Source of the DNA: Octopus vulgaris
Lineage: Eukaryota
Reading direction: 5' to 3'
DNA: 64,000 bases
NCBI GenBank assembly: GCA_951406725.2
Contig: OX597826.1
Coordinates: forward strand, 79,918,001-79,982,000
Numbering within the stretch: position 1 is the stretch's first letter; every line of letters starts with the position of its first letter. Positions 1 through 15,054 of this stretch are shown piece after piece. The translations under genes and the position numbers were made by a program. Below the pieces are notes generated by a model. It had not been told where the DNA came from, did no database searches, and saw only the letters and a program-made list of their open reading frames with translations.

Positions 1-195
1 AGATCTTTTTGTATAATTTTTCCAATTGCTTGAGGACTGGGAATCCGCGATGGAATACGCAGTGTTGGGAGCTGTGAAGCTTCATCCTGAGGCAAATGTC
101 CATAAATTACTCTGCTCGTTATATTTAGTTGCCCGTGCCTGGATTACCGATCAAGATGCGAATTTCCAGCCACCACTACCACCACCACCACCACT

Positions 196-699
<504 letters not shown>

Positions 700-709
700 T
701 ATTTGAAAT

Positions 710-1039
710 ATAATATATATATATGTTTGCATGTATAGTATATATATGCATGTATATTATATATATGTATGTATATTATATATATATATTTGTATATATA
801 TTATATATATATATGTGTATATTATAAATATATATATGTATGTATATTATAAATATATATATGTATATTATATATATATATTTGTATGTATATTATATAT
901 ATATATATACATGTATGTATATTATAAATATATATTTATGTATATTATAAATATATATGTATGTATATTATAAATATATATATATATGTATGTTATAAAT
1001 ATATATAGGTATATATATTATAAATATATATATGTATAT

Positions 1040-1082
<43 letters not shown>
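710..1082. repeat. Degenerate TA-rich microsatellite/minisatellite ending in (TG)n
   Basis: Repeated TATGTATATTATAAATATATA-like units. Confidence 0.9.
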
Positions 1083-1084
<2 letters not shown>

Positions 1085-1507
1085 TTTATATTTTCAAGCA
1101 ATATGGTCCAATAAGCAAATATAGTATATGTTTGATTGTCATGGGATTTCCTGTGATTGATGAGAAAGAAACCGATACGGATTCGTACAAATCATAAAGC
1201 AGTTTATCGACAATTCATCCAGACATGGTTTATTTTCAATATACATATATATATTACGGAGATGTACTTCCATAGTATGTGTTTTGATCTGAGAGCCTAT
1301 GGCATTCGGAAACACACATACGCCTGTAACTTTACTTTGGCATTTATTTGTATATTATTTGACGTCCGAATATTCGGTGCCTCATAAAAATCGCAGTATC
1401 AAGGGAAAAAAATTTTTCCACCAAAATACAAATGTATGTTTAAGTGAAGTTAACGGTTTTGTTTTGTTTATGAGTGTCTAACTTCTGTTTTTAACGTTGC
1501 AATCGTG

Positions 1508-1551
<44 letters not shown>

Positions 1552-1888
1552 ACACACACACAAACGCACATGCACACAGATACATACACCATACACCATT
1601 ATATTTAGATGCATATGTAGATATAAAATATATATATATATAGTGTGCGAAAACATTTGATCCAGTTGGCAAAAGAAATGAGCGGATGGAGCAAACGTAC
1701 AGGAAAACAAAACAACTAAGGAAGGATATGTGAGCAATGGAAATGTGCGGGTAAAGAGGTAAACCCTGGCCTCCTGCTGCCAGAAGAGAAGAAAATAGAG
1801 CAGAAGTTTATACATTGTGTGTTTAAGAGACTGGCTGCAAGTGTTACACCGTGAGCTTTCTGTGTTGACATGATGTTGTAGGAGAAAA

Positions 1889-1970
1889 GGCGGCGAGCTG
1901 GCAGAAACGTTAGCACGCCGGGCGAAATGCGTAGCCGTATTTCGTCTGCCGTTACGTTCTGAATTCAAAT
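1889..1970 (+). mobile_element. tRNA-derived SINE (family A), head only
   Basis: GGCGGCGAGCTGGCAGAAACGTTAGCACGCCGGGCGAAATGC...TTCAAAT, near-identical to the heads at 5622 and 50066. Confidence 0.9.
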
Positions 1971-2203
1971 GCTCATGAAAGCGATTGGAGGGCGTCGGCA
2001 AATTTTGCAGATGGTGTAATATATAAGGCTGAGAGATGTGCAGCAGAAGTTCTGGTTAATGTGATGGAGCCGGTGATGGTTGTAGTATTGTTAATGTAGG
2101 AGCAAGCATTGATCGTCGGTGAGTGTAGTTGAAAATGTTAGGGTGGAGCCGGGTGCTATAGAGCCTCTTATTAAGAGGTTGCCAAGGTTCCTACCTTTAC
2201 GAA
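1965..2203 (-). pseudogene. Penelope-like element remnant (Cys-rich linker and start of GIY-YIG endonuclease)
   Basis: Manual translation across frameshifts: RKGRNLGNLLIRGS...CSYINNTTTITG...HINQNFCCTSLSLIYYTICKICRRL...NRFHEHL; fits the PLE pattern RxxNLxxLL, FxCTSxNLIYxIxCxxC, RFxEH; the YIG segment is deleted. Confidence 0.7.
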
Positions 2204-2331
2204 TTCAAAATGTAAATTGTTCCATTCAGATTTCTTGAATTCAAATTCCATTCAAGGCAGCTTTGACTTTCACCCCCCCCCCACCAATCATGTATTAAGA
2301 ACGAACACGAGCGGCATTGTGCCTGTCTTTA

Positions 2332-2468
2332 AGTTTTGAGTTTGAATTCGGCCGAGGTCGATTTTACTTTCCAGCCTTTAGGATAGATAAAATAAGAACT
2401 AGTTGAGCACTGGGGTAGACATAATCGACTCACCCACTCACGCGAAATTACTGGCCTTGTGCCAAAGT
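2332..2468 (+). mobile_element. Diverged family A SINE fragment
   Basis: GAGTTTGAATTCGGCCGAGGTCGATTTTACTTTCCA...CACTGGGGTAGACATAATCGACT matches the family A body. Confidence 0.75.
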
Positions 2469-4227
2469 GTAAATTATCATTATTGTTGTTGTTGTTAGTG
2501 ATAAATGAGACAAAGGGAAGAAAGAGTAAGAGACAACGGTTGAAATGCATTTTCGAATGAGTTTGGGAGAAATGGCGATGGCAAAATCCGTTTCTTTGTC
2601 AGTTATTTTCCCCGGAATTATGATTGTGACATCCCAGCGAAACATTCATGAAAATGGAGACCCTAAAACAAAGAATTTCCCCACAGAAGGAATTTCCATA
2701 ACCTATGCTAATTGGTTGCTTTGAAGAATTCGTTCTCAGGAAATTGAAACAACCGCAGTGTGACAATGTTTAATTAAATGCTTCGCTTTCGGCTTAACCA
2801 CAGCAGCATTAATTATTTACTTTCCTGATGCTGCTCTGATTAAAATATAGCATATTTAATTGAACAAACCAAAATAATGATGTTGCTAGTGAAAAGAAGG
2901 ATGAAAGGCCACAGTTGGAGTCAGAATCGGAGATATCGGAGTTGAGTTATGCAAATCCCTGATTCTGCTCGGCTCAGTTCTTTGATAGCGATGATATTGA
3001 TTGCTATCCTAATCCAAAGATCAAAAGAGGAGCTGCACAAGTCGATTATATCCATCTTATTAGTACATCCCCTCGATACTTATTTTAAACAATTCCGCCA
3101 GGAGGAAGGCAATGTTAGCCACGGCGGGATTTGAAATAAGAAAGGAATGTCGCTAAACACCATAAAGTAATTGAAGCTCTCCTTCTAACATTCCGACCAA
3201 TCACAGCTCTTGTGTCATTTCTACGTATCTAAACTGGTTACACTTTAAGAGGTGAAAGCATTGACGATCACATTGATACCAATGCGTTACTAGTAATTTA
3301 GTAGAGCTGGCAGCAGAAAAATGGATGGCGCACTTAATGATGTTTTACTGGCTCGCAAAAAAAAAAGGGATATTCAATTACATGAACTGGCAAGATCGTA
3401 TTTCTTTTCTTCCTTCTGCTTTGGATGTAACTATAGAGCCAAACTTTCTGGAAAAGGGAAACAGGATATAATGTGTGATTCTACTTTCTCTCGGCTTTTC
3501 CTTTCACATTAATAAAATTCCCTTTTTTCCAATCAAGAATTCAAAGACTATGAAGTATTTTACCTCGTTTTGCTTTTGGATATTCTATTTAGCTGAGAAT
3601 CACGACCAAAACTTCACTATCAATACTTAGATGTATTTTCCTTTCACATCCATTTTCGTAACCATATCCTTTGCTTAATTCATCTCTGGTCTCTTCTCAC
3701 GCATATAAACATTACACTCTGCTCTCTGAAGTACAACCTACATGGAAATACGATTATATGTTTGCCTTCCTTCTCAATGATTTCCTATATTTTAAAATAT
3801 ATAATCTAGATCCGTTGCACGTAAAAACGTTCACCATTCGCTCCTAAGTTATATAACTTCCTCACAAACTTAACGACAGCTAACAAAGCTGAATAGTGAC
3901 TTCTTGGCTTCCTTGTAGCTACGAAGCTTCTCTCTAATTGTCAGCGTCAAGGCTAAGTCTGTAATTAAACTGCATCCTTTTAGCTGGATGCAAGCTCAAT
4001 CGATGTCTAATGCGATGATGTGTAATAGCTGAGATCAACCCATTTGCGTAACCCGAGATTAGTCTTGATCCAACACACCTATGACAAATATCCTTTACCC
4101 CATCTTCTATTCAAACGTAGTGTATCTGGGATTACGTCGTCCAATGTGTCCTTTGCCGTCTTAAAGGCAGGATTCGTGAGAGATGTGGCTACGGTTTCTA
4201 GAAGATTCTTTCTAATTTTGGAAGATC

Positions 4228-4369
4228 CCGGTGCTCAACTGGTACTTAACCCCACCAAAAGGATGAAAGGGAAAGTCGATCTGGGCAGAATTTGAACCAG
4301 GAACGTAAAGAGCCGCAAAAAATATCGTGTGGCGTTTTCCTGGCGTGGTAACAATGCTGCCATTTCGCC
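4228..4369 (-). mobile_element. Diverged family A SINE
   Basis: CTGGTACTTAA...GGATGAAAGGGAAAGTCGATCTGGGCAGAATTTGAAC is the reverse complement of the family A core. Confidence 0.7.
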
Positions 4370-5621
4370 ATATCGTATATTAAATCCTATGGCCCCCTGG
4401 CTATGTCAAACCAGAAGAAAGAAAAGAGATACTTGTTGGTTTGTTAGCCATAGATTATTACTACTGAGAGGTAACTATTTCCTCTTTTCCACCGTTAAGA
4501 CGTGAAAGAATAAGCGAAAGCGATTCCTATTGCGGCAATACGCAGATTTGAACTCTAAATACTTATGGACAGATCTGTAAGTGTTGTAAAGCAAATAAAT
4601 TCGACTCAATACTGTCTACGTTTAATTACTCGTTTGAGAACCTTGTTGACAACAAAAGTACAGCTGAACTCGAATATATCTGCACCAATCCCGTTATATT
4701 CCATTAAACTAGGAAAAAAAACCCAGGAAAAGAAAAGAAATCGCACAAAGGAGAAAAACAAACAGCATTAGACAAATAAAAGATGCTAGAAAGAACAACG
4801 AGTAAAAAACAAATAAGTAAAAGTAAAGTAATTAAAAAATCGATTTTGTATCTTCCTATTTTCGCATCCGATAAAGAGCTACATTTAACTATAATACGTT
4901 TATTGATTAGAACATTTCAGCTCTTCTACTATTTAATTAGCAAAATATCCCCACAATCACTAATACTTACGTTAATAATAATGAAATACTACTTAATGAA
5001 GTTAGGAAATAAATCAAGTTAATTAAGTATAATTTTGCGACGAGGCGACGACACCAACACGACGCGTAATATTAATTTCATCTGAATCTGTTAAGTAAGA
5101 GCAACAAAGCTGATCATGTTTCGCTCTTATTAGCCCTCCTCTGAGAAGTGTACGCTTTTGCACACTCACTAGATTATTCTACGAGAATCCCTACAACAAT
5201 GTGCCGTACTATAAACGCCAACAATTACCATGTCTTAGAGAAGTTTACCACACACACAATCGACACAAAAATAACAATCAAATTTATGCCGACACACGTA
5301 TACATGTATATACACGCATACACATACATATACACACATTTGCATGGAAAACATTACCATAAACTACGCAATAATTCAAATTAAGGTGAGTGAGGGCGCT
5401 CGACGACTGTATTTACTTAGTGTACTTTTGAGTGCTATCGAGTGCACTACCAAGCCTGTTTGGATCTTTAGTGCGGAAAATACCAATGCCTCAAAAAGTT
5501 ATTCACTTTAATATTCAGTATAATGTTTTAGTATTAACTTTAATAGCAATCTATGTTTTATATGTTCTTTATACACTAAACCTAATTTTGTTTTTGTGTG
5601 TCATTATAATATCTTGGAAAT

Positions 5622-5854
5622 AAGGCGGCGAGCTGGCAGAATCGTTAGCACGCCGGGCGAAATGCTTAGCGGTATTTAGCCTGCCGCTATGTTCTGAGTT
5701 CAAATTCCGCCGAGGCCGACTTTGCCTTTCATCCTTTGGGGGTCGATTAAATAAGTACCAGTTACACACTGGGGTCGATATAATCGACTTAATCCGTTTG
5801 TCTGTCCTTGTTTGTTCCCTCTGTGTTTAGCCCCTTGTGGGCAGTAAAGAAATA
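5622..5854 (+). mobile_element. Full-length tRNA-derived SINE (family A) with 17-bp target-site duplication
   Basis: Head with B-box-like GAGTTCAAATTCC; body GACTTTGCCTTTCATCCTTTGGGGGTCGAT; tail AAAGAAATA; flanked by TATAATATCTTGGAAAT (5605-5621) and TATAATATCTGGGAAAT (5855-5871). Confidence 0.93.
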
Positions 5855-5939
5855 TATAATATCTGGGAAATTCCGTGGCACCAAAAGTGCGTAATTTTAT
5901 CTATTAACTCTTTGATTTTCGAAAAACGGTTAGCATTAT

Positions 5940-6325
5940 TTTTTGACTTTGTGCTTGGTCAGTTCCTCTGTGATTTTTATAGTGGCCTTTCTTCTGAGAG
6001 GCATTGCAATATCAATAAATCTACAGCTCCTGTCCTTTTGTCATCATTTCTCTGACAGTATAGATAAGCTTATCTCAGAGGATGAGGATAACGTAATTGC
6101 CTGTGGCTCGGTTTGCTTGATGCGCATACCACTTCACAATTGTCTAGATTTTATAACTCCTACACAACTCCCAGTGTGCGGATGCTGACTTGTTATACGG
6201 GTGGATATCATCGGAGGTTCCTAGTTAAAGGAATCCAGAGACAATATGGTCAACAGTTTGATCACACTTAACACGGTCCTTTCACCTTGCCTCCCCTTTG
6301 GATACTTTCCATGCGTGACATCGCG
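5940..6325 (-). pseudogene. R4/Dong-like (restriction-like endonuclease class) non-LTR retrotransposon remnant
   Basis: Manual translation: HGKYP...DQTVDHIVSG...HPYNKSASAHWELCRSYKI...KWYAHQ...IL*DKLIYT...CRFIDIAMP...KITEELTKHK; matches the ETxxHIxSGC / RHN..HW.LC / WY.H / LWD / IDIAxP / KxxEKxxKY series of R4-clade elements. Confidence 0.75.
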
Positions 6326-7554
6326 CCCTCATCTTTTCTGTAACTGAATATATGCATGGTGCTTCTAGTTTTTGAGGAAAATGGATGGTTCTTCGGTACC
6401 ATCCATTCCAGAGCAACACAAGTAATCTACTGTATCGAACCCTTAAGAATTAAATCGATTCGATCACCATAAAACATTTCAATGAGAATTATAATTGTTT
6501 GAGGTGTGGGGAATGACGATATCATTGACCTCAGACATATATTTTCATTTTCAGTATGACGGGGAATATGTATGTATGTATATATATATATGTATGTATG
6601 ACTGTATATATGTATGAATATATGTAGGTATGTATATTAAGTAAATATATGTGTATGTATGTAAATAGGGAAGAAAGGAAGTAGACAGGTATATTTGCAT
6701 TCATAAAATATGTGAGACAAGAAAAAAATTAGCGATAGATAGAGACGGTATGTGTGTGTATATGTATGTGTATGAGAAAGAAAGAGAGATAGAAAGAGAG
6801 AAAGAGGGAGAGAGTGAAGGAGAGGCAGAGAGCAAGAAACATGAAGATAATGGCAGAGAGATAGACTTAACATTTCAAAATACTCTCTCTCTCTCTCTCT
6901 CCCTCTCTCTGCATTGCCTACATAGCTTATTTAGAACAAATCTGTAATATATATTTTTAGATACAACTCAATAGAGAACATATATATATATATATATATG
7001 TGTGTGTGCGTGTGTGTGTGTGTGTGTGTGTATGTGTACCAAATACCATAAGCATATGTGATGTAGACAAATATAATTTGATTGTAACTACGAATGATAT
7101 ATATATATATACTTGCGATATTTCAGTTAACTAGTGCTTAATAAAATAACCTGACAGCTATTCAATGCGTTGTTATTGATTGACATACTATAAATATGGC
7201 TACCATAGAGTAGCTAATAATAATAATAATAATAATAATGATAATAATCATAAAAGTAATAATAATGATAATAAGTCTTGCTTGCCAATATTGTCAAATT
7301 TGTCTGTAGTAAATATAAAATTCGAATTCCCAATTCCCAAACTGCGTTTGAAAATTTGTTTTCAAACGCTACTACTATTAATAACTTTCTGAAAAAAAAA
7401 ACAAAACTACGAGTTCTTGTTTAATATGCACGTCAGAGAATATGTGTAGATGTGTGTATTTACCTGTACCTTCGGGCGTGAGTGTGTTGGTGCATGTCCT
7501 CAGTGTGTTCCGAACACGTTTTCTAAAAGTTATTACATAATAGTCTTACCGTTT

Positions 7555-7995
<441 letters not shown>

Positions 7996-9507
7996 TTAAT
8001 TTTTTGTGTTTATAATTTAACACAATTTTGTGTATCAAACAAAATGATTACCTTTTCCCAATTGCTTTTAAGTGCCTTATAACGCTCATACGAGATAAGT
8101 GGAGTTATCTCTGCTATATCTCATGTCATGTGACCTGGATTAGGTTTGATTAACATTTTGATTTTATCATCAAAGCCAGAAGGTTAACCTGAAAGGTCAC
8201 AGACATTTAGACCAAACTCTTCACACCTAAACCTAGTGAACCTCTTCGGAAGACCACCATTTGAAAAACGGTACGAACATTTCTTCTAACGCCATGTATC
8301 AGATAAACCAGGATCCAAGAAAATTTGGTGAGAGTCTGCGGCAGCAAGACTTGTACCTTTTGGTAAAGGCAGCAGAAAGAGTGCAGTGAGAGGGTACTGT
8401 GAAAATGGAGTATCCAAAATTTCCACATACGCTTTCTTGAGGTTACGCTGACAGCAGAAAAAACAGAAAGCGCAGCTGAGTTTTACGTCCTCGTTGTTTG
8501 AGCAACTGGCTGCAACTGATGGGGAACGCAAGACAGCGCGAAATTGCATGCACAAACAGGAAGTAGTAGGAAAGAGTAACTCGGTAGGGGAGGGAGAAGA
8601 AAACAAAAATGAATAGAGGAATGGAATTGGGTGTGTCATGAAGGAAAAATGAAGGACTAAATACGGGTTTGTTGCACTAAGAAAATATTAAGAAGCAGAG
8701 GACAAAAATGGCCTTCAATTCGATCTGTGCTATGATTCTTCGTTTGCGTTTTCTTATTGTAAATCTATGAATGCTGCTGCACTGCACAGTAAACAATAAA
8801 CGTAGTATACTATCTAAAAAGTAGTTGCGTTAGTCACCTTTGGACCATTTTTGGCGTGAATCTGATGCTGCCTGTCTTTGTAGGACAAAACCTTCAAAAC
8901 GTAGAATAGATTCTGCAAGCTTCCAAACTACTTTCAGATTTTGAGAAAGTCATAATTTATAGAATTCCGAATGATACCATTTCACATCGACATAAGGGTT
9001 TGATAAATGGGCGGCGGTTTATAGCGATGTCTTCATTACACACTCAAACAAACACATATGCACACACATACAAGCAGGAAATCACACACGCACAGAAAGA
9101 TATTAGAAAGAGTGATTGAAATAAGAAGAGAATAAACGCTCCAATAGGATTGTAACACTAAATCACTGACTGCAAATCGTGGTCCCTGTCGGCGCGCTCT
9201 CCGGCCAGTTTTCTTGATTTCTCTACCCCCTCACTTTCTTTCACCCCTCCTTCTCACTAGTTTTATCACTCTGTCTCACCCCTTTCTCCCCCCGCCTCTC
9301 TCTCAAATTCAGCTATAAATGGTCTTCAGATATGAAGTCTTATTGTCCAAGACACTATTGTCACTGTCGTCTGAGTTGACTTTTTCATTGTGTCACAGAC
9401 TTTAAATGAATTTGTACAGGAAAAGTAATTGAAGTAATTGATGATGTAATACTATATATATATATATATATATAAATAAAATATATGCATACATACAAAC
9501 ATATATA

Positions 9508-9553
<46 letters not shown>

Positions 9554-10169
9554 CACACACAGAGTTGCTCATAGTTTTCTATAAAAATTTTTCAGCTCCG
9601 TATTATGAATTTTCTTGATATATTTAATCGTATTTACATCTAAAATAACAGTAATTAACGAAAAGAAAAAAAAAAACATAAATAAGCAGCCGCAAGAAAA
9701 TTCACTTCATAGAACATTACTCTCCCCCATCGACCCATAACAACCACTATCATCCCTCACAGCCAGCGACACCACCACCACCACCACCACCACCACCACC
9801 ACCAATACCAACAGCAAGAACAGAAGCATTATACATCGCACAAATAAAACCAAAGCAAAAAAAGTAAATAAAAAGGCAGCTCTGTCTAAGATAAGTAGAA
9901 ACAACATGCTTTGACTTTTTTGTACTTAATTAGGTGGATGTACACGGCACACAGTAAATATAGAAACTGTGTGTATAAACATGAGTTGTTAATTACGTCA
10001 ATGTAAAGACTACACGAAGATTACGTTGATATTAGAAAGGAAAAAATAGAAAATAAATCAGAACTTTATTGTTTATATTAGATGTTTTCTCAAGATATTA
10101 AATTTTTGTGACGTTATTAAGATGCTAAGGTTAAGGTGTTCTAAAGAGATTTATTAGCGAGACAATCAC

Positions 10170-10202
<33 letters not shown>

Positions 10203-10355
10203 GCCGTAACTGTGTTCACATTGTTAAAGGAAATAGCTGTAGGGCTACATTTAAAAGCTCTCAGATGAAGGGGCATTCAGCTTTGTATATTGTCTTCATG
10301 AAACCAATAACGTATGCAAAACAAATCTTTATTGCTTTTGTCTTATGCCTTTGTG

Positions 10356-10625
10356 AGGACGCGTGGCCTGGTGGCCAGGGTGTTTCCCTCACGGTGGTGC
10401 GATCACGGTTTTGATTCCCGCACGGGGTGGCGCGTTGTGGTCTTTAGCAAAAACACATTATTTCACGTTACCCTGTAATCACTGCAACATCGAACGTGCG
10501 GCACACCGTGCACCCGTACAGGTGATGTGGATTTGATCGAGACCCTGAGCTCATGTACAACACTATTGATCATTATAAACAAAACACCTGTGCAGGTTAT
10601 TCAATGAGAAATAGCGGAATCATCC
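10356..10625 (+). mobile_element. tRNA-derived SINE (family C2)
   Basis: A-box-like TGGCCTGGTGG, B-box-like GGTTTTGATTCCC; body aligns by eye with 53503-53790. Confidence 0.65.
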
Positions 10626-11206
10626 TTCTCGAACTCGGGAGACTAACTTTTCCACTTGGCTACATATGGCGCTGGTGGCATTAATAACCGACTATCTTTG
10701 CACTAAATCTTCCGCCTCGCACACATTGTGAAAGAGAAGCGAGTGACAGAGATAAAGGGCCTCTTCTACTGCACTTGTAATATTTTATTTATTTATGCCC
10801 GTGGAAAGAAATACAAGATCGTCTTTGGCGGGATCTGAACTCGAAAAAACGTGAGGAGATATTTGGAAGAAAATCTGAGTTGACGTTTTAGCCAGCACCT
10901 TAACAATGCCTCTAATTCATCCCTTCTCTCTGGAAAATCTAATGAGTCTCAAAGATAAAAAGATGTTACATTTAACTCTTGCTCTTGTAAGGATGACATA
11001 AATCTTTTCGTATAACAACTTTGTTCATATTTCACAACAAGGCGAAATTGTATTTGTTAATAAAAACTGTATAGTGTACTACAAATTAATTTATTAATTA
11101 AACCACATTGTTAACGCGTTCACTGTTGTGCAAATTCGACTGGCCAATTAGCACTGTTTATAGACAATATAAACAGGTAAGAGCAATTAATTTCTGAGAT
11201 ATTCTT

Positions 11207-11250
11207 TCACTGATGAACGTCTAAAAAGGCTGGAAACTAGTTACAGTGAC
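11207..11250 (+). ncRNA. Hammerhead-ribozyme-like motif, incomplete helix I
   Basis: CTGATGA (11210-11216), GTCT/AGGC stem, GAAA (11233-11236), palindromic ACTAGT, GTT triplet. Confidence 0.4.
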
Positions 11251-11361
11251 CTACTTTTTACTTTTCATTAATAAAATAAACTTTAGATAGCGCGTGCGCG
11301 CACACACACACATAAAAAACATGCGTATTTATGTGCTTATATACTAGGTAGGATTATGTGC

Positions 11362-11400
<39 letters not shown>

Positions 11401-11686
11401 CTACTACATAAATCTATATGAACATAAGATTCTATGCGAATGCAAAGAAAATAAATATAGGAGTGTAAAACTGACGCTGAAATATATAAAAGAGAGGAAC
11501 ATATAAGTAATTAAGAATGTAAGAAACATAGAAAGGTAAAAAAGACGTACATCGATGACATCGATATATGTTATTGATTTTTAATTCTAAATATGTTTCG
11601 ACTATCTGATATCATGGACAATACTCTTCAATATCGTAATATAATGAATGCATAAAGATGAAAGTCATAATAAAATTATCAAATCC

Positions 11687-11691
<5 letters not shown>

Positions 11692-11757
<66 letters not shown>

Positions 11758-11760
11758 TAC

Positions 11761-11792
<32 letters not shown>

Positions 11793-11870
11793 ATATATGT
11801 GTACAGATATTTATATATATATATACATATACATACACATATACATATATATGTATATATATATATATAT

Positions 11871-11933
<63 letters not shown>
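11692..11933. repeat. (TA)n/(CATA)n microsatellite
   Basis: Directly visible. Confidence 0.95.
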
Positions 11934-11939
<6 letters not shown>

Positions 11940-12489
11940 GGTAGAGAAACATCTGAGGCTTATCTGCACTAAAGCTTAGGCGAAATGTTAAAGAAACGTG
12001 TAAAATTAATCTATAGTCGATATCAATTAGATATACACTAGTGGTAGGCGTCGGGAGATGGGTGGTTTTATCAATGGCGTGTCTGAAAAAATGATTTCGA
12101 ATATAGGGTTCCCTTTATTTACGCTCTGGGTTCAAATCCTTGCTGGTTTTAACTTTTTTCTGTCGTCCTATGATCGATAATGTAATCATTCTCCAAATTC
12201 GGAGACCGATTTAATTGATTATATCATTCCCCAACAAAGTTCAGCCATCTACCAAAGTCAGAAATCGATAATACGAGGCCGTAATTGCTACTACTAGTGT
12301 GTGAGGAATTGAAACTTCTTACTCACTCCTCTATTGTGAGTTCAAATCCTGCCAGGATCGATTTTCCCTTTCTTCCTATAGGCGCCAGTAAAGTAATGAG
12401 GGCGTTTATATTGAACATAATTGTCTAGCTCCGTATTTATGCTGTAAATATAGTATAGATAGATATACAAATATTGGGATATAGATACA

Positions 12490-12606
12490 GACGTGGCTGT
12501 CTGGTAAGAAGAGTGCTTCGCAGCTACATGATTCCGAGTTTAGCCTCAGGCCGACCAAGATTTTGTGAATGGATTTGGCGGACGGGAATTTAAAGAAGTT
12601 CGTCGT

Positions 12607-12607
<1 letters not shown>
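12490..12607 (+). mobile_element. Family B SINE fragment, internally deleted
   Basis: GTGGCTGTCTGGTAAGAAG...GGCCGACCAAGATTTTGTGAATGGATTTGG aligns with the 27627 copy. Confidence 0.7.
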
Positions 12608-12644
<37 letters not shown>

Positions 12645-12857
12645 ACACACACACACATGTAAGAGGATTACACCCAACATGCCCAAAATACTAGTCATAC
12701 CACTCCCACATTTTTATCATTCCCTCTCTTCTTCTTCTTCTTCTTCTTCTTCTTCTTCGCCTCCTTCTCCAGCTACTACTACTGCTTAAACAATCAAAAC
12801 TAAGAACTCATATCAAATATTAGGACTGCTACTACATGCTGCCTGCTACAAGAGTAA

Positions 12858-12890
<33 letters not shown>

Positions 12891-13140
12891 CAAACAGACA
12901 GAAAAAAAGGAAAATGTCACTTGCATTTGAAAACTATGGAAATATTTAAAAAAAAAAACATTTCATTTAATTTTTCCGCAATTTAATTGCTTTTCATGCT
13001 TTACTCTAAGTTGAAAAAGTCGCAAAGTGTGAAACCGGTACTAAAATGAATGTTCTTCATGACAAAATTATTTTAGCATTTCCTACCTTGTCTTCTTGTC
13101 TTATTTTCCTTATGTATATATATATATATATGTGTGTGTG

Positions 13141-13227
<87 letters not shown>

Positions 13228-13228
<1 letters not shown>

Positions 13229-13390
13229 TGTCTCCCCCCACTGCTCGAAGCTGGTTTGGTTAAAGAGAACAGGTACCAGGCTTAAAAGAAGAATATCTAC
13301 TAGGGACGATTCATTCTATGAAAAATTCTTGAAGGCGGCGCCCCAGCATGGCCACAGTCTAATATCACTGAAACAAATAAAAGTAAAAGA
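13228..13390 (+). mobile_element. Family B SINE 3' portion
   Basis: GTACCAGGCTTAAAA...AAGGCGGCGCCCCAGCATGGCCACAGTCTAA...AAATAAAAGTAAAAGA resembles 37320-37445; preceded by the family's internal (TA)(TG) tract. Confidence 0.65.
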
Positions 13391-14561
13391 TGGAGAGTGT
13401 GGGATTGGGGCTTAATATAGAACACATGCCAGAATAAGAGATCCACCGTGTTCATGTTCGAACGCAACGGACGCCTATTTCTATAATTCACGTGTGCCAG
13501 GAGATGTGTCGAAACATGTTCTACCTATGAACTGGATGAATTCAACCGAGAACAACATTTCTATACAAATTTATGATGTATGTGATATGATGCCAATGGA
13601 AGCAACCTTAATTACATGGTTTGGCTGTAATAAATCAAGTTATAAGCATTTGGCAAGGTAATTCCGTTACTTGCTTTTGACTTGCAGCCGGTGGAAAGAT
13701 ATTTCATTTGAAATATCTATCATTGTTCATTCCTTTAGAAAATAGGGGAATGTCAGTACATCCGGTTTCTTGTCACTTACTGCTAGAGGGGTTTCTAGTA
13801 ACCAGAGAATAATTATTGTCCGATCGATCAACTGGTTAACGCAGAGCACACGTAAGAGGTTGAAATAAACTTGATCGACCTGTTTCATAATCTTGGGAAA
13901 GGCACGAATATCAGAATATAAGTTAAAAGTAGATTTATTTTTACAGAAAATACGAGCACTTTTGGAGAATGAAAAATGTACCTATTTGTTTGGTGGTTAC
14001 TGAAGATTAATAAGGTTAGAATCCAACGTAAATGATTTATTTTGGTATGGATAGATTTTACTTAAAGGTGACACGAAAGAAACAACGATAACAGCATCCC
14101 CAATATACAATAGCATCCCCAAACGACAATACTTTATATTCGTTACATAAAAAGGTAAAATAGCAGCGAATGTGTGCAATAAAGAGCGTAACAGAAACTT
14201 AAGTAATTTTACAGGTATTGGAAAGTGACCCGAACTCAAACACCCAGATGTTATCCCTTCGCTCTATTTCTCTCTATCTATACGCTGCAGGTTGCTATAG
14301 GCGACCTCTTTAGGCAAAGTGCAGAACTTTTAAAATATATATATATTGTTTCGTGTGTTTAATTACATTTCTTAGTTCAAATCATACTGGGGATATAGGA
14401 GTTTTTTTTTTCATGAAAAGTTTCTGTTTAGCCACCTGTCTTCAGGCAGACCATCCTTTCAATTCCTTTTGTTATGTTATGGCAATAGGTTTGTTGGATC
14501 ACTACCGACCATTCCTTGCGGAGTTGAATTAAACTGATAGCCTAAGAAAGCGATTCTTTCA

Positions 14562-14752
14562 TACACGATGAGGTGCTGAAAACTTCCTGGCTTTTGGTAA
14601 AAGAAAATACGGGAGAATCTGTTAATTATGATTCTATTCAACATATTCCCCTCTCAGATTCTCACTTATTGCAAGGTCCTTCACTTTATCTAAGCAGCGT
14701 AAAAGAACTCGGAAGGTTGGGCCTGCAGCCAGGCCTTTCACGACACCCTTAA
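14562..14752 (-). mobile_element. Mariner transposon 3' end (transposase C-terminus plus TIR)
   Basis: Minus strand reads ...[14 protein letters not shown] (mariner W.KCV...G.YVE* ending), followed by a TIR-like end, ACGATGAGGTGCTGAAAACTTCCTGGCTTT on the + strand. Confidence 0.7.
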
Positions 14753-14755
14753 AAA

Positions 14756-14949
<194 letters not shown>

Positions 14950-15054
14950 ATTAATAAATTTTAGGTTAGCAAAAAATTCTAAAAAATTCTCCGCTACCAG
15001 CGGTCAAGTGAAAAGAAAAAAAATAGTCAATAGACTATGTAATATACATTGAAA

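Noticed and set aside
5108-5147. Minus-strand hammerhead-like CAGAGGA...GAAACATG
   Set aside because: The core, helix III closure and helix I all deviate; too weak to call alone
8286-8639. 117-aa minus-strand ORF
   Set aside because: No recognisable motif or supportable splice sites
13495-13730. Possible additional GIY-YIG remnant (RCVETC...MYVI*C)
   Set aside because: Only two short motifs in different frames; needs tBLASTx
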